Notes: a model not told the origin generated them from the sequence alone. DNA of 64,000 nt from Candidatus Spongiisociaceae bacterium (GCA_965219685.1 CBDCOH010000002.1:1088001-1152000); one strand, 5' to 3'; shown: positions 19,329 through 28,197, counted from the stretch's first letter. Numbers and translations: made by a program.

Positions 19329-19696
19329 GACGCCCTGTTGCCCCGGATCGAGTTGAGGTAGTTGTAGATCGTGATGCGGCTGACGCCCATCAGGTCGGCG
19401 ACCTCCTCTATGGACTTGCGCAGCCGGAAGGCTCCCCGCTCGTCCAGGAGGCGGACCGCCACCTGTTTCTGCACCCGTCCCAGGTCGGTCAGCTTGCCGC
19501 CCAACTCCGTCTCCACCTGGCCGACCATGCGATCGAGGACGTTGTGGAGGGACAGGATCCTTACTCCCGCCACCACCCGTCCCTCCCACTCCAGCGGGAC
19601 CGAGTTCCCGTCCATGCTGGTCGGCTCCACTATCTCCGCGCCCAGCGCGTCGGTCAGCGGCCGGATGGCCTCGATCAGCGGGTGCTCGCCACTCAT
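19325..19696 (-). CDS. HTH transcriptional regulator (HTH_22/YheO-DauR-like C-terminal domain)
   Basis: KQVAVRLLDERGAFRLRKSIEEVADLMGVSRITIYNYLN; ATG at 19696 overlaps the upstream stop. Confidence 0.85.
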   Translation of the reverse strand: MSGEHPLIEAIRPLTDALGAEIVEPTSMDGNSVPLEWEGRVVAGVRILSLHNVLDRMVGQVETELGGKLTDLGRVQKQVAVRLLDERGAFRLRKSIEEVADLMGVSRITIYNYLNSIRGNRAS

Positions 19697-19923
19697 GGTG
19701 TGACGGTCATGTTGACCGACACCCGGCTTGCGCCGGCGTCCATCGCCGCCCGGACGCAGTCGACGGCGGCGTGGAACACGATCTCGAGCGAGCCCTCTAT
19801 GGCGGTGCCGAACGGACCGATGTCCGGCCCGTAGGGCGAGAGGACGTCGATGGCTGCTTGGACATGGGGACCCGGGTTCCCCTCCTCGAACGGTTCTACG
19901 GTGAACTCGGCACGGGCCGGCAA
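19693..19923 (-). CDS. Small ferredoxin-fold protein, thiamine-binding/YkoF-like
   Basis: TTG start after GGAGAAGGA; AEFTVEPF..G.PGPHV, DIGPFGT, AMDAGASRVSV. Confidence 0.7.
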   Translation of the reverse strand: MPARAEFTVEPFEEGNPGPHVQAAIDVLSPYGPDIGPFGTAIEGSLEIVFHAAVDCVRAAMDAGASRVSVNMTVTP

Positions 19924-20000
19924 TCCTTCTCCTTGATCGCCCGGCAAGGGTATACGGATAGATGATTCTACCGAAGTAACGTTGCGCACTCCGCAGTTTT

Positions 20001-20015
20001 TTGACAAAATGTAAA
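20001..20015. promoter_or_regulatory. Palindromic operator candidate TTGACA-AAA-TGTAAA in the divergent HTH/xdh promoter
   Basis: 13/15 identical to the reverse complement of the site at 35689-35703; its left half is also a consensus -35 TTGACA. Confidence 0.65.
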
Positions 20016-20098
20016 GCGAGTGGTCGCAGACCGACCACCACACCGAGCTTCCGGCTGATGTTCGATCAGTAGGGAGCCTGATTCGGTTGGAGGACGCC

Positions 20099-22681
20099 AT
20101 GACCCTGATCGCCCACAGGACGATAGGTTTCAGGCTCAACGGACGTGATGTCTCTGTTCGGGCCGACCACCCCCACCTGCTGTCAGCGCTCCGCGAGGAA
20201 CTCGACATCACCTCGGCCAAGGACGGCTGTGCTCCGTCAGGTCAGTGCGGATGCTGCACGGTCCTGGTCAACGGCCGGGCTTTCGTGGCCTGCGTCCTGG
20301 CCCTTGAGAAGGTGGCGGGCAAGGAGGTCGTCACCCTCGAAGGATTCGACCCGGTCGAACGTGACCGTCTGGCCTCCGCCTTCGCAGTCACCGGCGCACT
20401 CCAGTGCGGCTTCTGCACGCCGGGGATCCTCGTCAGGACCAAGGCGCTGATCGACCAGAAGGGTTCCCGGCTCAACAAGCGGGTCACAGCCGGGAGGTTG
20501 GGAGCGCACCTCTGCCGCTGCACCGGTTACACGAAGATCTTCGACGCGATCGACATGCTGGCCTCCGGCGAGATCCCGCCGCTGGAGACGTCGGGCGGGA
20601 TCGGCAAGTCGGGTATCAAGTACGAGGCGTTGGAGCTGGCCCTGGGAGACCGCGACTACATCGACGACATCCGCTTCGACGGCATACTCCACGGGGCATT
20701 GCGGCTCACCGACCACGCCCGAGCCGACGTGGTGAGGATCGACACCGGTCCGGCGGAGGCCATTCCGGGCGTGCATGCCGTGTTCACCGCGGCCGATGTG
20801 CCCGGGGAGTTGCGGGTGGGCCTCATCCACAAGGACTGGCCGGTGCTGATTCCGGAGGGTGGGCGTACCTCCTACTACGGGGACGTTCTGGCCATCGTCG
20901 TCGCCGACGACAGGCTGGCGGCCCGCGAGGCGGCCGCGGCCATCGAGATCGAGTACCGCGTGCTGAAGCCGTTCACCGATCCGGCCGAGGCGGTGGCCTC
21001 CTCGGAGGACGCGGTGTGGGGCCTGGAAGGAAACGTCCTGTCCGTTTCCAAGTACCGGCGGGGGGACTTCGAGTCCGCATACGAGGCGTCGCCCCACAAG
21101 CTGCATGAGACGTTCGTCACCCAGCGGGTCGAGCACGCCTTCCTGGAGCCCGAGTCGACGCTGGTGGTTCCGGCGGGGAATGGGCGGTTGATGCTCTACT
21201 CCGGTGGCCAGGGGGTATGGGACGACCGCGACCAGGTGGCCTCGGTGCTGGGAGTCGAACCCTCGCAGATCACCGTGGAGCTCATCTCGAACGGGGGCGC
21301 CTTCGGCGGCAAGGAGGACATGGCCAACCAGGCGCAGACGGCCCTCGCCGCCCACCTGCTCGGTCGCCCCGTCAAGTGCACACTGTCGAGGGAGGAGTCC
21401 CTCCGCATCCACTCCAAGCGCCACCCCATCCGCATCGAGCTGTGGGCGGGCTGCGACAGCGACGGCAAGTTCACCGCCCTCAAGGCCCGCATGCTGGGCG
21501 ACTCGGGTCCCTACGCCTCTGTGGGTATGAAGGTCCTCGAGCGGGCCGCGGGGCATGCCAGCGGTCCCTACGTGGTGCCCAACATCGACGTGAAGGCCGT
21601 TGCGGCCCGCACCAACAACCCGGTGTGCGGCGCGTTCCGGGGCTTCGGCGCCAACCAGGCCCAGTTCGCCATGGAGGGAGTGATAGACCGCCTTGCAGAG
21701 CAGGTCGGGATCTCGGGCTGGGAGATGCGGAGTCGCAACGTCATCGAACCCGGGGTCGTCTGGGGTCCGGGCCAGGTGATGGACGAAGGCTGCCGGGGCG
21801 CCCGCGAGTCGCTCAACGCGGTCAAGCCTCATTACGACGCGGCCCGGGCCGCGGGCAAGGCCGTAGGGGTCGGACTGGGTCTCAAGAACAGCGGTCTGGG
21901 GAACGGCTTCAAGGAGGTGGCGCGCGCGGTGGTCCGCTTCACACGGGACGGGGCCGTCGAGGTGCGGCACTGCTGGACCGAGATGGGTCAGGGCATCCAT
22001 ACCGTGGCCCAACAGGTGGCGGCCGAGGAGTTGGGCATCGATCCCAAGCGGATCAGGGTGATCGTCGACACCAGCCGCGAACTCGGGGCCGGGCAGACCA
22101 CCGGCTCCCGGGGCACGCTGATGGGGGCGGGAGCGGTACAGGCCGCCAGCCGCGCCGCTGACGCCGGCGGGAGACTTCCCGATGTCGACTACCACGGCGA
22201 ATACCGGATCGACTGGACCAACTCGCTCAAGGAGGGTCTGGCGAACCCGACGATCCACTCCGCCTTCGGCTATGCGTCCCAGCTGGTCATAGCCGACAAG
22301 GCGACCGGGAAGATCGAGCGGGTGGTGGCCGCCCACGACGTGGGCCGGGCCATGCACCCGGTGTTGTGCGAGGGCCAGATCGAAGGCTCGGTCCACATGG
22401 GCCTCGGCTATGCACTGACCGAGGACTTCCCGGCCGACGACCAAGCCCGCCCCACCAACATGACGCTGCGCAGCCTGGGGATCATCCGCCCCAAGGACAT
22501 GCCGTACGTGGACGTGATCCTGGTCGAGGTCCCCCAGCCTCGCGCCCCCTACGGCATCAAGGGGGTCGGTGAGATTGGGCTGGTCCCGACCGCCGGGGCG
22601 GTGGCGGCTGCACTGCACGAGGTGGACGGGCAATGGCGGAATCGCCTTCCCATGGGTGTCCACCAGCCGGTCACCAAGTGA
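20099..22681 (+). CDS. Xanthine dehydrogenase-family molybdo-hydroxylase with fused 2x[2Fe-2S] domain (selenium-dependent XDH-like architecture)
   Basis: KDGCAPSGQCGCC, QCGFCTPG, CRCTGY, HAFLEPE, GGAFGGKE, AFRGFG..Q, EMGQG, TTGSR, GQIEG, KGVGE; about 860 aa. Confidence 0.9.
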   Translation: MTLIAHRTIGFRLNGRDVSVRADHPHLLSALREELDITSAKDGCAPSGQCGCCTVLVNGRAFVACVLALEKVAGKEVVTLEGFDPVERDRLASAFAVTGALQCGFCTPGILVRTKALIDQKGSRLNKRVTAGRLGAHLCRCTGYTKIFDAIDMLASGEIPPLETSGGIGKSGIKYEALELALGDRDYIDDIRFDGILHGALRLTDHARADVVRIDTGPAEAIPGVHAVFTAADVPGELRVGLIHKDWPVLIPEGGRTSYYGDVLAIVVADDRLAAREAAAAIEIEYRVLKPFTDPAEAVASSEDAVWGLEGNVLSVSKYRRGDFESAYEASPHKLHETFVTQRVEHAFLEPESTLVVPAGNGRLMLYSGGQGVWDDRDQVASVLGVEPSQITVELISNGGAFGGKEDMANQAQTALAAHLLGRPVKCTLSREESLRIHSKRHPIRIELWAGCDSDGKFTALKARMLGDSGPYASVGMKVLERAAGHASGPYVVPNIDVKAVAARTNNPVCGAFRGFGANQAQFAMEGVIDRLAEQVGISGWEMRSRNVIEPGVVWGPGQVMDEGCRGARESLNAVKPHYDAARAAGKAVGVGLGLKNSGLGNGFKEVARAVVRFTRDGAVEVRHCWTEMGQGIHTVAQQVAAEELGIDPKRIRVIVDTSRELGAGQTTGSRGTLMGAGAVQAASRAADAGGRLPDVDYHGEYRIDWTNSLKEGLANPTIHSAFGYASQLVIADKATGKIERVVAAHDVGRAMHPVLCEGQIEGSVHMGLGYALTEDFPADDQARPTNMTLRSLGIIRPKDMPYVDVILVEVPQPRAPYGIKGVGEIGLVPTAGAVAAALHEVDGQWRNRLPMGVHQPVTK

Positions 22682-23697
22682 ACACCACAGCTGGTCTCGT
22701 CTGTGCCCATCATCACCTCTACTCCGCGCTGGCGCGCGGGATGCCCGCTCCCCCTCAGGTGCCCACCACATTCCAGGGCATCCTCGACCAGGTCTGGTGG
22801 CGGCTCGACACCGCCCTCGACCTCGAGATGATCCGCTGGTCGGCCATGCTGGGCGCCCTCGAGGCGCTCGAGTCGGGCACCACCGGGATCGTGGACCACC
22901 ACGAGTCACCCAACGCCATCGAAGGCAGCCTGTCGGTGATCGCCGACGCCTGCGCCGAGGTGGGCGTCCGGGTACGGCCTTGCTATGGCGTGACCGACCG
23001 GCACGGACCGGACGGGGCCCGCCGCGGTCTCGAGGAGAACCGCCGCTTCCTGTCGGAGGGCGGGGAGGGAATGGTGGGGATCCACGCTGCGTTCACATGC
23101 GAGCAGGGGACCCTCGAGGAAGCCGCGGCCCTCGCCGATGAACTCGACGCCGGCGTGCATGTCCATGTCGCCGAGGGACCGGAGGATGAGGCGGGACCCG
23201 AGCGACTCGACGGTCTCACGCGGGACGAGTGGCTGCTCGCCCACGGAGTTCACCTCGCCACGGACCACGGTCTGAGTGGGACCATTCTCCACAATCCGCG
23301 GTCCAACCTCAACAACTCGGTCGGGTACGCCGACCCGGCCCGCTTCTCCAACCGGATCGCGCTCGGAACCGACGGGATCGGCGCCAACATGATCGAGTCC
23401 TTCCGCCTCGCCTACGTGATGCACCGGTCGGTCGACGTGGCCGCTACCCCCGAGACTGCATGGAGTTGGATGGAGAACGGATGGGATCTGATCCCCGAAT
23501 GCCGTAACGACCTGGTCACGTGGAGCTACGACCCGATGGATCCCTGGCACGTGGCGTTCACGTCCGGGATCCGGCCCCTGGGGGTAGAGGTGGACGGTGA
23601 GGTGATGTTCAAAAACGGCTCACCCACCAGGGTGGACGCCGCCGAGGTTCGCGCCAAGGCGCGCGAGCAGGCGACCCGGCTGCATGCCAGGCTTTGA
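22678..23697 (+). CDS. ssnA: SsnA-like amidohydrolase
   Basis: CAHHHLYSALARGM, WWRLD.ALD, GTT...DHHESP, HAAFT, HVHVAEG, HNPRSN.NN.VGY, LGTDG; GTGA overlap with xdh. Confidence 0.8.
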   Translation: MNTTAGLVCAHHHLYSALARGMPAPPQVPTTFQGILDQVWWRLDTALDLEMIRWSAMLGALEALESGTTGIVDHHESPNAIEGSLSVIADACAEVGVRVRPCYGVTDRHGPDGARRGLEENRRFLSEGGEGMVGIHAAFTCEQGTLEEAAALADELDAGVHVHVAEGPEDEAGPERLDGLTRDEWLLAHGVHLATDHGLSGTILHNPRSNLNNSVGYADPARFSNRIALGTDGIGANMIESFRLAYVMHRSVDVAATPETAWSWMENGWDLIPECRNDLVTWSYDPMDPWHVAFTSGIRPLGVEVDGEVMFKNGSPTRVDAAEVRAKAREQATRLHARL

Positions 23698-23719
23698 CTA
23701 CGTGGTTTAGGAGGGTGCG

Positions 23720-25510
23720 ATGACAGCTCCGAATGGAGTCCACGAACCGCTCACGCCTTTCGGTCTCTCCGACCTGCTCGACCGGATCGCCTACGAATGG
23801 GACTCGCGTCGCCGCATCTTCGACCTGCCCATCGCCCGCTTCTTCAACGTGTCCGAGGGTCCCGACATCTCGATCGACTTCCTGGGACGACCCGCCGCCA
23901 CGCCGGTGGGGCCGGCTGCCGGACCGCACAGCCAGATGGCGCAGAACATCATCCTGTCGTGGCTCGGCGGGGGCCGGCTGATGGAACTCAAGACGGTGCA
24001 GATCCTCGACGAACTGGAGATCGGGCGACCCTGCATCGACATGGAGACCATCGGCTACAACATCGAGTGGAGCCAGGAACTGAAGATCCCCCAGTCGCTC
24101 GAGGAATATGTCAAGGCCTGGATGATGCTCGAGATCATGCGCAACTGGGAGGAACTCACCCCTTACATCGGCAGCGATCCGGGTCCGTGCATCTTCGACC
24201 TGTCGGTCGGGTACGACCTGGCGGGAATCTCGACCGACCAGGTGGCCTGGTTCATCGACTCGATGATGGACGCCACCGAGGAGATCGAGCGTCTCCGGCC
24301 CGAGATTGACGGGAAGTTCACCCGGTTCCGCGACCTGGAGTTCCCGTCCCGCATCGCCGACACCGTGACCCTGTCGACGTTCCACGGCTGCCCACCCGAT
24401 GAGATCGAGTCGATCACAAAGCACCTGATCACCCGCCACGGGCTGGACGTGATCGTGAAGCTCAACCCCACCCTGCTCGGGTTCGAGCGGGTCAAGGAGA
24501 TCGTGCAGCAGACCCTGGGGTACGAGTCCACGGTGCTGCGCCGAGCGGACTTCGACAACGACCTCCAGTTCGACAGAGGCCTCGAGTTGATCGGCGAACT
24601 GCAGCGCTTTGCCGAAGACCACGGGCGCCGGTTCGGTGTCAAGCTCACCAACACCCTGGTCGTCGAGAACACCAAGGGGTTCATGCCCGATGAGACCATG
24701 TACCTGTCGGGGCCGCCGCTGCATGTCGTGTCCACCACGCTCTTGGGCGAGTTGCACAAGGCCCTGCCGGGGAGGCTGCGGATCGACGGTCAGGACGGCC
24801 CGGTGCAGGTGTCGTTCTCGGCAGGTATCACCAAGGAGAACCTCCCGGATGCAGCCGCGCTCGGGCTGGCACCGTTGACGATCTGCTCGGACCTCCTGAA
24901 GCCGGGCGGGTACGGGCGCATCAAGCCGATGCTGAAGGCACTGCAGAAGGTGATGGTCGGTGCAGGTTCGGGATCCCTGTCCGATTGGCAGGCCCATCGG
25001 GGCGCGCTGTCGAACGGGAGAGGAGCGGTGGCCGCCTACATAGCCCGGCTCCACGACCCGGCCACCAACGGGCGCTACACCCTGGAGGGCAACTCGAAGC
25101 TGCCCAGGGCCGTGGACCACGACCTGCAGATGTGGGGATGCGTGGCATGCAACTTCTGCGTCACCGTCTGTCCCAACGACGCCTTCTTCCGGATACCCAC
25201 CCCGCCCGAACTCGACGCGGTGGGCCTGCAGCAGTACCTGGTGTTGGCCGAGTTGTGCAACGAGTGCGGCAACTGCATGGTGTTCTGCCCCGAAGCGGGC
25301 GACCCGGCCGTCATCAAGCCCCGGCTCTACATGACCGAGCACCGCTTCCAGCAGGAGACCGAGCAGGCATTCCTGGTCCACCAGGATCCGGACGGCTACT
25401 GGGTACAGCCCAACGCCGAGGGCGCCCAGTGGACCGGCGACCTGCTCCTCCTGCTGAACGGCGCCGAGGGCTTCGTGCTGCCCCCGTCCACAAAGCCGGT
25501 CAGGAAGTAG
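23720..25510 (+). CDS. ygfK: YgfK-like oxidoreductase, short form (N-terminal barrel plus C-terminal 2x[4Fe-4S]; no FAD/NAD(P)H module)
   Basis: PVGPAAGPHSQMAQNI...ELKTVQILDEL, YNIEWSQEL, TLSTFHGCPPDEIE, KLNPTLLG, GVKLTNT, MYLSG, CSDLLKPGGYGR, then directly CVACNFCVTVCP and CNECGNCMVFCP. Confidence 0.8.
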   Translation: MTAPNGVHEPLTPFGLSDLLDRIAYEWDSRRRIFDLPIARFFNVSEGPDISIDFLGRPAATPVGPAAGPHSQMAQNIILSWLGGGRLMELKTVQILDELEIGRPCIDMETIGYNIEWSQELKIPQSLEEYVKAWMMLEIMRNWEELTPYIGSDPGPCIFDLSVGYDLAGISTDQVAWFIDSMMDATEEIERLRPEIDGKFTRFRDLEFPSRIADTVTLSTFHGCPPDEIESITKHLITRHGLDVIVKLNPTLLGFERVKEIVQQTLGYESTVLRRADFDNDLQFDRGLELIGELQRFAEDHGRRFGVKLTNTLVVENTKGFMPDETMYLSGPPLHVVSTTLLGELHKALPGRLRIDGQDGPVQVSFSAGITKENLPDAAALGLAPLTICSDLLKPGGYGRIKPMLKALQKVMVGAGSGSLSDWQAHRGALSNGRGAVAAYIARLHDPATNGRYTLEGNSKLPRAVDHDLQMWGCVACNFCVTVCPNDAFFRIPTPPELDAVGLQQYLVLAELCNECGNCMVFCPEAGDPAVIKPRLYMTEHRFQQETEQAFLVHQDPDGYWVQPNAEGAQWTGDLLLLLNGAEGFVLPPSTKPVRK

Positions 25511-25548
25511 GAACCCGTCCCGGTTCGTAGCGGCAGAGGGAGTGACCG

Positions 25549-26001
25549 ATGAGCCACACGATGGAGGATGTACGCCGCTTCGTCGGCGCTGACCACGGCC
25601 TGTCGGTGGTCTCTTTCGGGCGTCCTGACCAGTCCGTCCATTCCACCGTTGTCAACGCAGGTGTGATGGACCACCCGGTGACCTGCGAGGAAGTGGTGGC
25701 CCTGGTGGTGAGGGGTAACACCGTCAAGCTCCGCCACTGGCGCCACACGCCGCGGGCCGGCATCGTCTTCCGGTCCGGTTGGTTCTGGGCGGGCGTAGAG
25801 GGAACTACCAGCATCATCGGCCCGGATGATCCGTTCGAAGGGTTCGAGCCGTCAGCAGTGCCGCAGTTGCTCCGCGACGTGTTCACGGCCGCCGGGGGGA
25901 CCCACGAGGACTGGGACGAGTACGACCGCGTCATGGCGGCCGAGCGCCGGGCCGCGGTCTTCATCCACCCGACCCGCATCACCGGAGTCGGCCGACCCTG
26001 A
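25549..26001 (+). CDS. Pyridoxamine-5'-phosphate-oxidase-like (PPOX class, probably F420-dependent) oxidoreductase
   Basis: STVVNAGV..HP, K.R..R..P, W..VEG, LLRDVFTAAGGTHEDWDEYDRVMAAERR. Confidence 0.8.
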   Translation: MSHTMEDVRRFVGADHGLSVVSFGRPDQSVHSTVVNAGVMDHPVTCEEVVALVVRGNTVKLRHWRHTPRAGIVFRSGWFWAGVEGTTSIIGPDDPFEGFEPSAVPQLLRDVFTAAGGTHEDWDEYDRVMAAERRAAVFIHPTRITGVGRP

Positions 26002-26053
26002 ACCAAAGACCGGGAGTAGGCCAGGCGCTCACGAGGCTGTCGACCAACCGCGG

Positions 26054-26857
26054 CTAGGGCGGTGTTTCTCCGAATCTCTCGAACCGCCCCATGGCATCGG
26101 CATGGGCTGCAAGCGCCGCCTCATCGAAGTCGGCCCGGGGTCGGGGCTCGAGGTCGAAGTTCCCGTACTCGTCGATTCCTCGCACGAGCATGGCCGACTC
26201 GCGGACCCCCTCGGTCTGCCGCACATGGGTCGGTAGGTACCTGAATGCGATGCCGATGCGGCGGTCCGATGATGCGTTCGGCCGGGATCCGTGGACTACC
26301 AGGACATGGTGGAGCGAGGCTTCCCCGGCGGACAGCCTGAGATCGACTCCCTCGCTCTCGTCGACTTCGACCATCACCTCCTGTCCTCGAGAGAGCAGGT
26401 TGTCTTCTCCGAAGGTGTCGTGATGTGAAACCTGGCCCTGCAGGTGGCTCTCGGGCACGACGCGGACACACCCGTTCTGGTCGGTGCTGTCGGTAAGTCC
26501 CAGCCAGGCTGTGACGACCTCCGGAGGTTCGAGCCCCCAGTAGGTCGAGTCCTGGTGCCACGACACGAAGCCCGGGTCGTGAGGTTCCTTGATGAAGAAG
26601 TCGGTCGACCAGCACAGGATGTTGGGTCCGATGACTGCTTCGACAGCATCCAGGATCCGCGGATGTCGGATCAGCCCGTCGAGCCAGGTCCAAACCAGGT
26701 AGGTCTTGAAGCGGTATCTATCGGGCAACCCCTGGTGCTCGGCCTCGAAGGCCTCCAGGCGCCGGCGGCACTCTCGGGCTTCATCGGCCGAAAGGACCGG
26801 GACCGGGAAGTAGTAGCCATCGCGCCGGTAGGACTCGCTTATGCTGCTGTCGGACAT
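26054..26857 (-). CDS. Phytanoyl-CoA dioxygenase (PhyH) family protein
   Basis: FFIKEP, SWHQDSTYWGL, NGC.RVVPESH, NLLSRGQE, HGS.PN.S..RRIG. Confidence 0.9.
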   Translation of the reverse strand: MSDSSISESYRRDGYYFPVPVLSADEARECRRRLEAFEAEHQGLPDRYRFKTYLVWTWLDGLIRHPRILDAVEAVIGPNILCWSTDFFIKEPHDPGFVSWHQDSTYWGLEPPEVVTAWLGLTDSTDQNGCVRVVPESHLQGQVSHHDTFGEDNLLSRGQEVMVEVDESEGVDLRLSAGEASLHHVLVVHGSRPNASSDRRIGIAFRYLPTHVRQTEGVRESAMLVRGIDEYGNFDLEPRPRADFDEAALAAHADAMGRFERFGETPP

Positions 26858-27028
26858 GGTCGATGCTCTCCCCTGTCGAACCCTAGCCGGGTGAGCAGGC
26901 TGCTCCGATCGTCCGCAGGCGGATGTGGCCGCGCTGATGAACCGGTTCGCCCGGGAGCCGGGAAGTGCCGATCCGCGTTCATATCTGTCGTGGAGGACTT
27001 CGGCGTTTCCGGGCCGATGCCTAGAAGG

Positions 27029-27895
27029 TCAGACTTCGAGAGTGAGGGCAAGCTCTGCCCGCGCCTCCTCGGTGGTCGGCAACAGCGGGGCTCGGGCGCG
27101 TCCGGCGCGCAGTCCTGCCATCTCCGCAGCCGCCTTGACGCCCGGGATCCCGTGGCGCGCCACCCCGTCATTCGCGGCCGTCAGGCGATGCTGCATCCCC
27201 ATGTCGCCCGGAGGATTCTCCAGCGCGGCTGCCACCACCTCCAGGCTCAGCCGGGGCACGTAGTTGACGGCTGCCAGGATGGCGCCATGGGCTCCCGCGG
27301 CAAGGCTGAGGGTCACCGCCGGGGCCGCTCCGTTGTAGAGGGCGAAGTCGTCCGGTAGCCCGGCCAGCATCCGCTGGACGCGGATGGTGTCTCCACTCGA
27401 GTCCTTCATCCCCACCACGTTCGGGTGTTGGGCCAGTTCCCACACCGTCTCGAGCGGCATGGAGTAGGCGGTCACTATCGGCACTGAATAGAGGAAGACC
27501 TGAAGCGGCGACTCATCCGCGACCTCCCGGAAGAAGGCAGTCACGAAGTTGGTGCGGTTGCGGGAGAGGGTGGTGGGGGTCAGCACGAGTACTGCGTCGG
27601 CACCGCCCTCGGCCGCTTCCGCGATCTGGCTTGCAGCGATCCGGTTTGTCTCTGCATTGATCCCGCACAGTAGGAAGGCGTCATCGCCCCCAGCCTCTCG
27701 TGAGGCCGCAGCCAGCCGCCGGCGTTCTCCCGGCTCTAACAGGGGACCCTCACCGGTGGAACCGGCCAGCACGAATCCCTCGTATCCCAGTTCGCCCAGG
27801 AAGGCCACGTTGTGGCGGTGGGCATTGAGATCGAGGTCCTGGCGGTCGTCGAAGGGTGTGATGATGGCGGGCATAGCCCTTGGGAATGGCTTCAT
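27029..27895 (-). CDS. Dihydrodipicolinate synthase (DapA/NAL) family aldolase
   Basis: ITPF, GSTGE, LYSVP, Schiff-base motif GMKDSSG. Confidence 0.88.
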   Translation of the reverse strand: MKPFPRAMPAIITPFDDRQDLDLNAHRHNVAFLGELGYEGFVLAGSTGEGPLLEPGERRRLAAASREAGGDDAFLLCGINAETNRIAASQIAEAAEGGADAVLVLTPTTLSRNRTNFVTAFFREVADESPLQVFLYSVPIVTAYSMPLETVWELAQHPNVVGMKDSSGDTIRVQRMLAGLPDDFALYNGAAPAVTLSLAAGAHGAILAAVNYVPRLSLEVVAAALENPPGDMGMQHRLTAANDGVARHGIPGVKAAAEMAGLRAGRARAPLLPTTEEARAELALTLEV

Positions 27896-28168
27896 GAGGC
27901 CCGGATCATAGTTCCCCGATAGCGGTGGCCGTTGCTGGCCCGGTCGATGATCGGGGGAGCAAGCGGGATGGCTCTCCCGGGAGCCTTACCATCCTCGGCT
28001 GGCGGTACCACCACGCAGCCCACCAAGGCAAGCGCATCGACCCCGACTCCCGCAGCGCCTACGATTCCCACGAACCAGGCGAACCATTTCGAGACCGAGC
28101 GCTGGCGAGCCCATAGCCCCGTTAGTTATTCTCTCGCGCTTTGGATTGCCCTCGCCTGGAAAGTTCTT

Positions 28169-28194
28169 CTTTAGATTATCATGATAATCTAAAG
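28169..28194. promoter_or_regulatory. Perfect 26-bp palindrome directly upstream of the second AAA_14 gene
   Basis: CTTTAGATTATCA|TGATAATCTAAAG, ending 3 nt before ATG 28198. Confidence 0.8.
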
Positions 28195-28197
28195 CTA

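Noticed and set aside
20237-22909. Long antisense ORFs (890 aa here; also 23609-25381, 33727-35490, 36841-38283 and others)
   Set aside because: Shadow frames of well-supported genes, expected from high-GC codon bias; no recognisable motifs.
20099-25510. Selenocysteine (UGA) read-through in the xdh-ssnA-ygfK operon
   Set aside because: No in-frame internal TGA; the stops coincide with normal protein ends or start overlaps.
27990-28114. Minus-strand hydrophobic stretch (KWFAWFVGIVGAAGVG) resembling the small TM protein at 49545
   Set aside because: No clean start or RBS; similarity is limited to generic hydrophobic composition.
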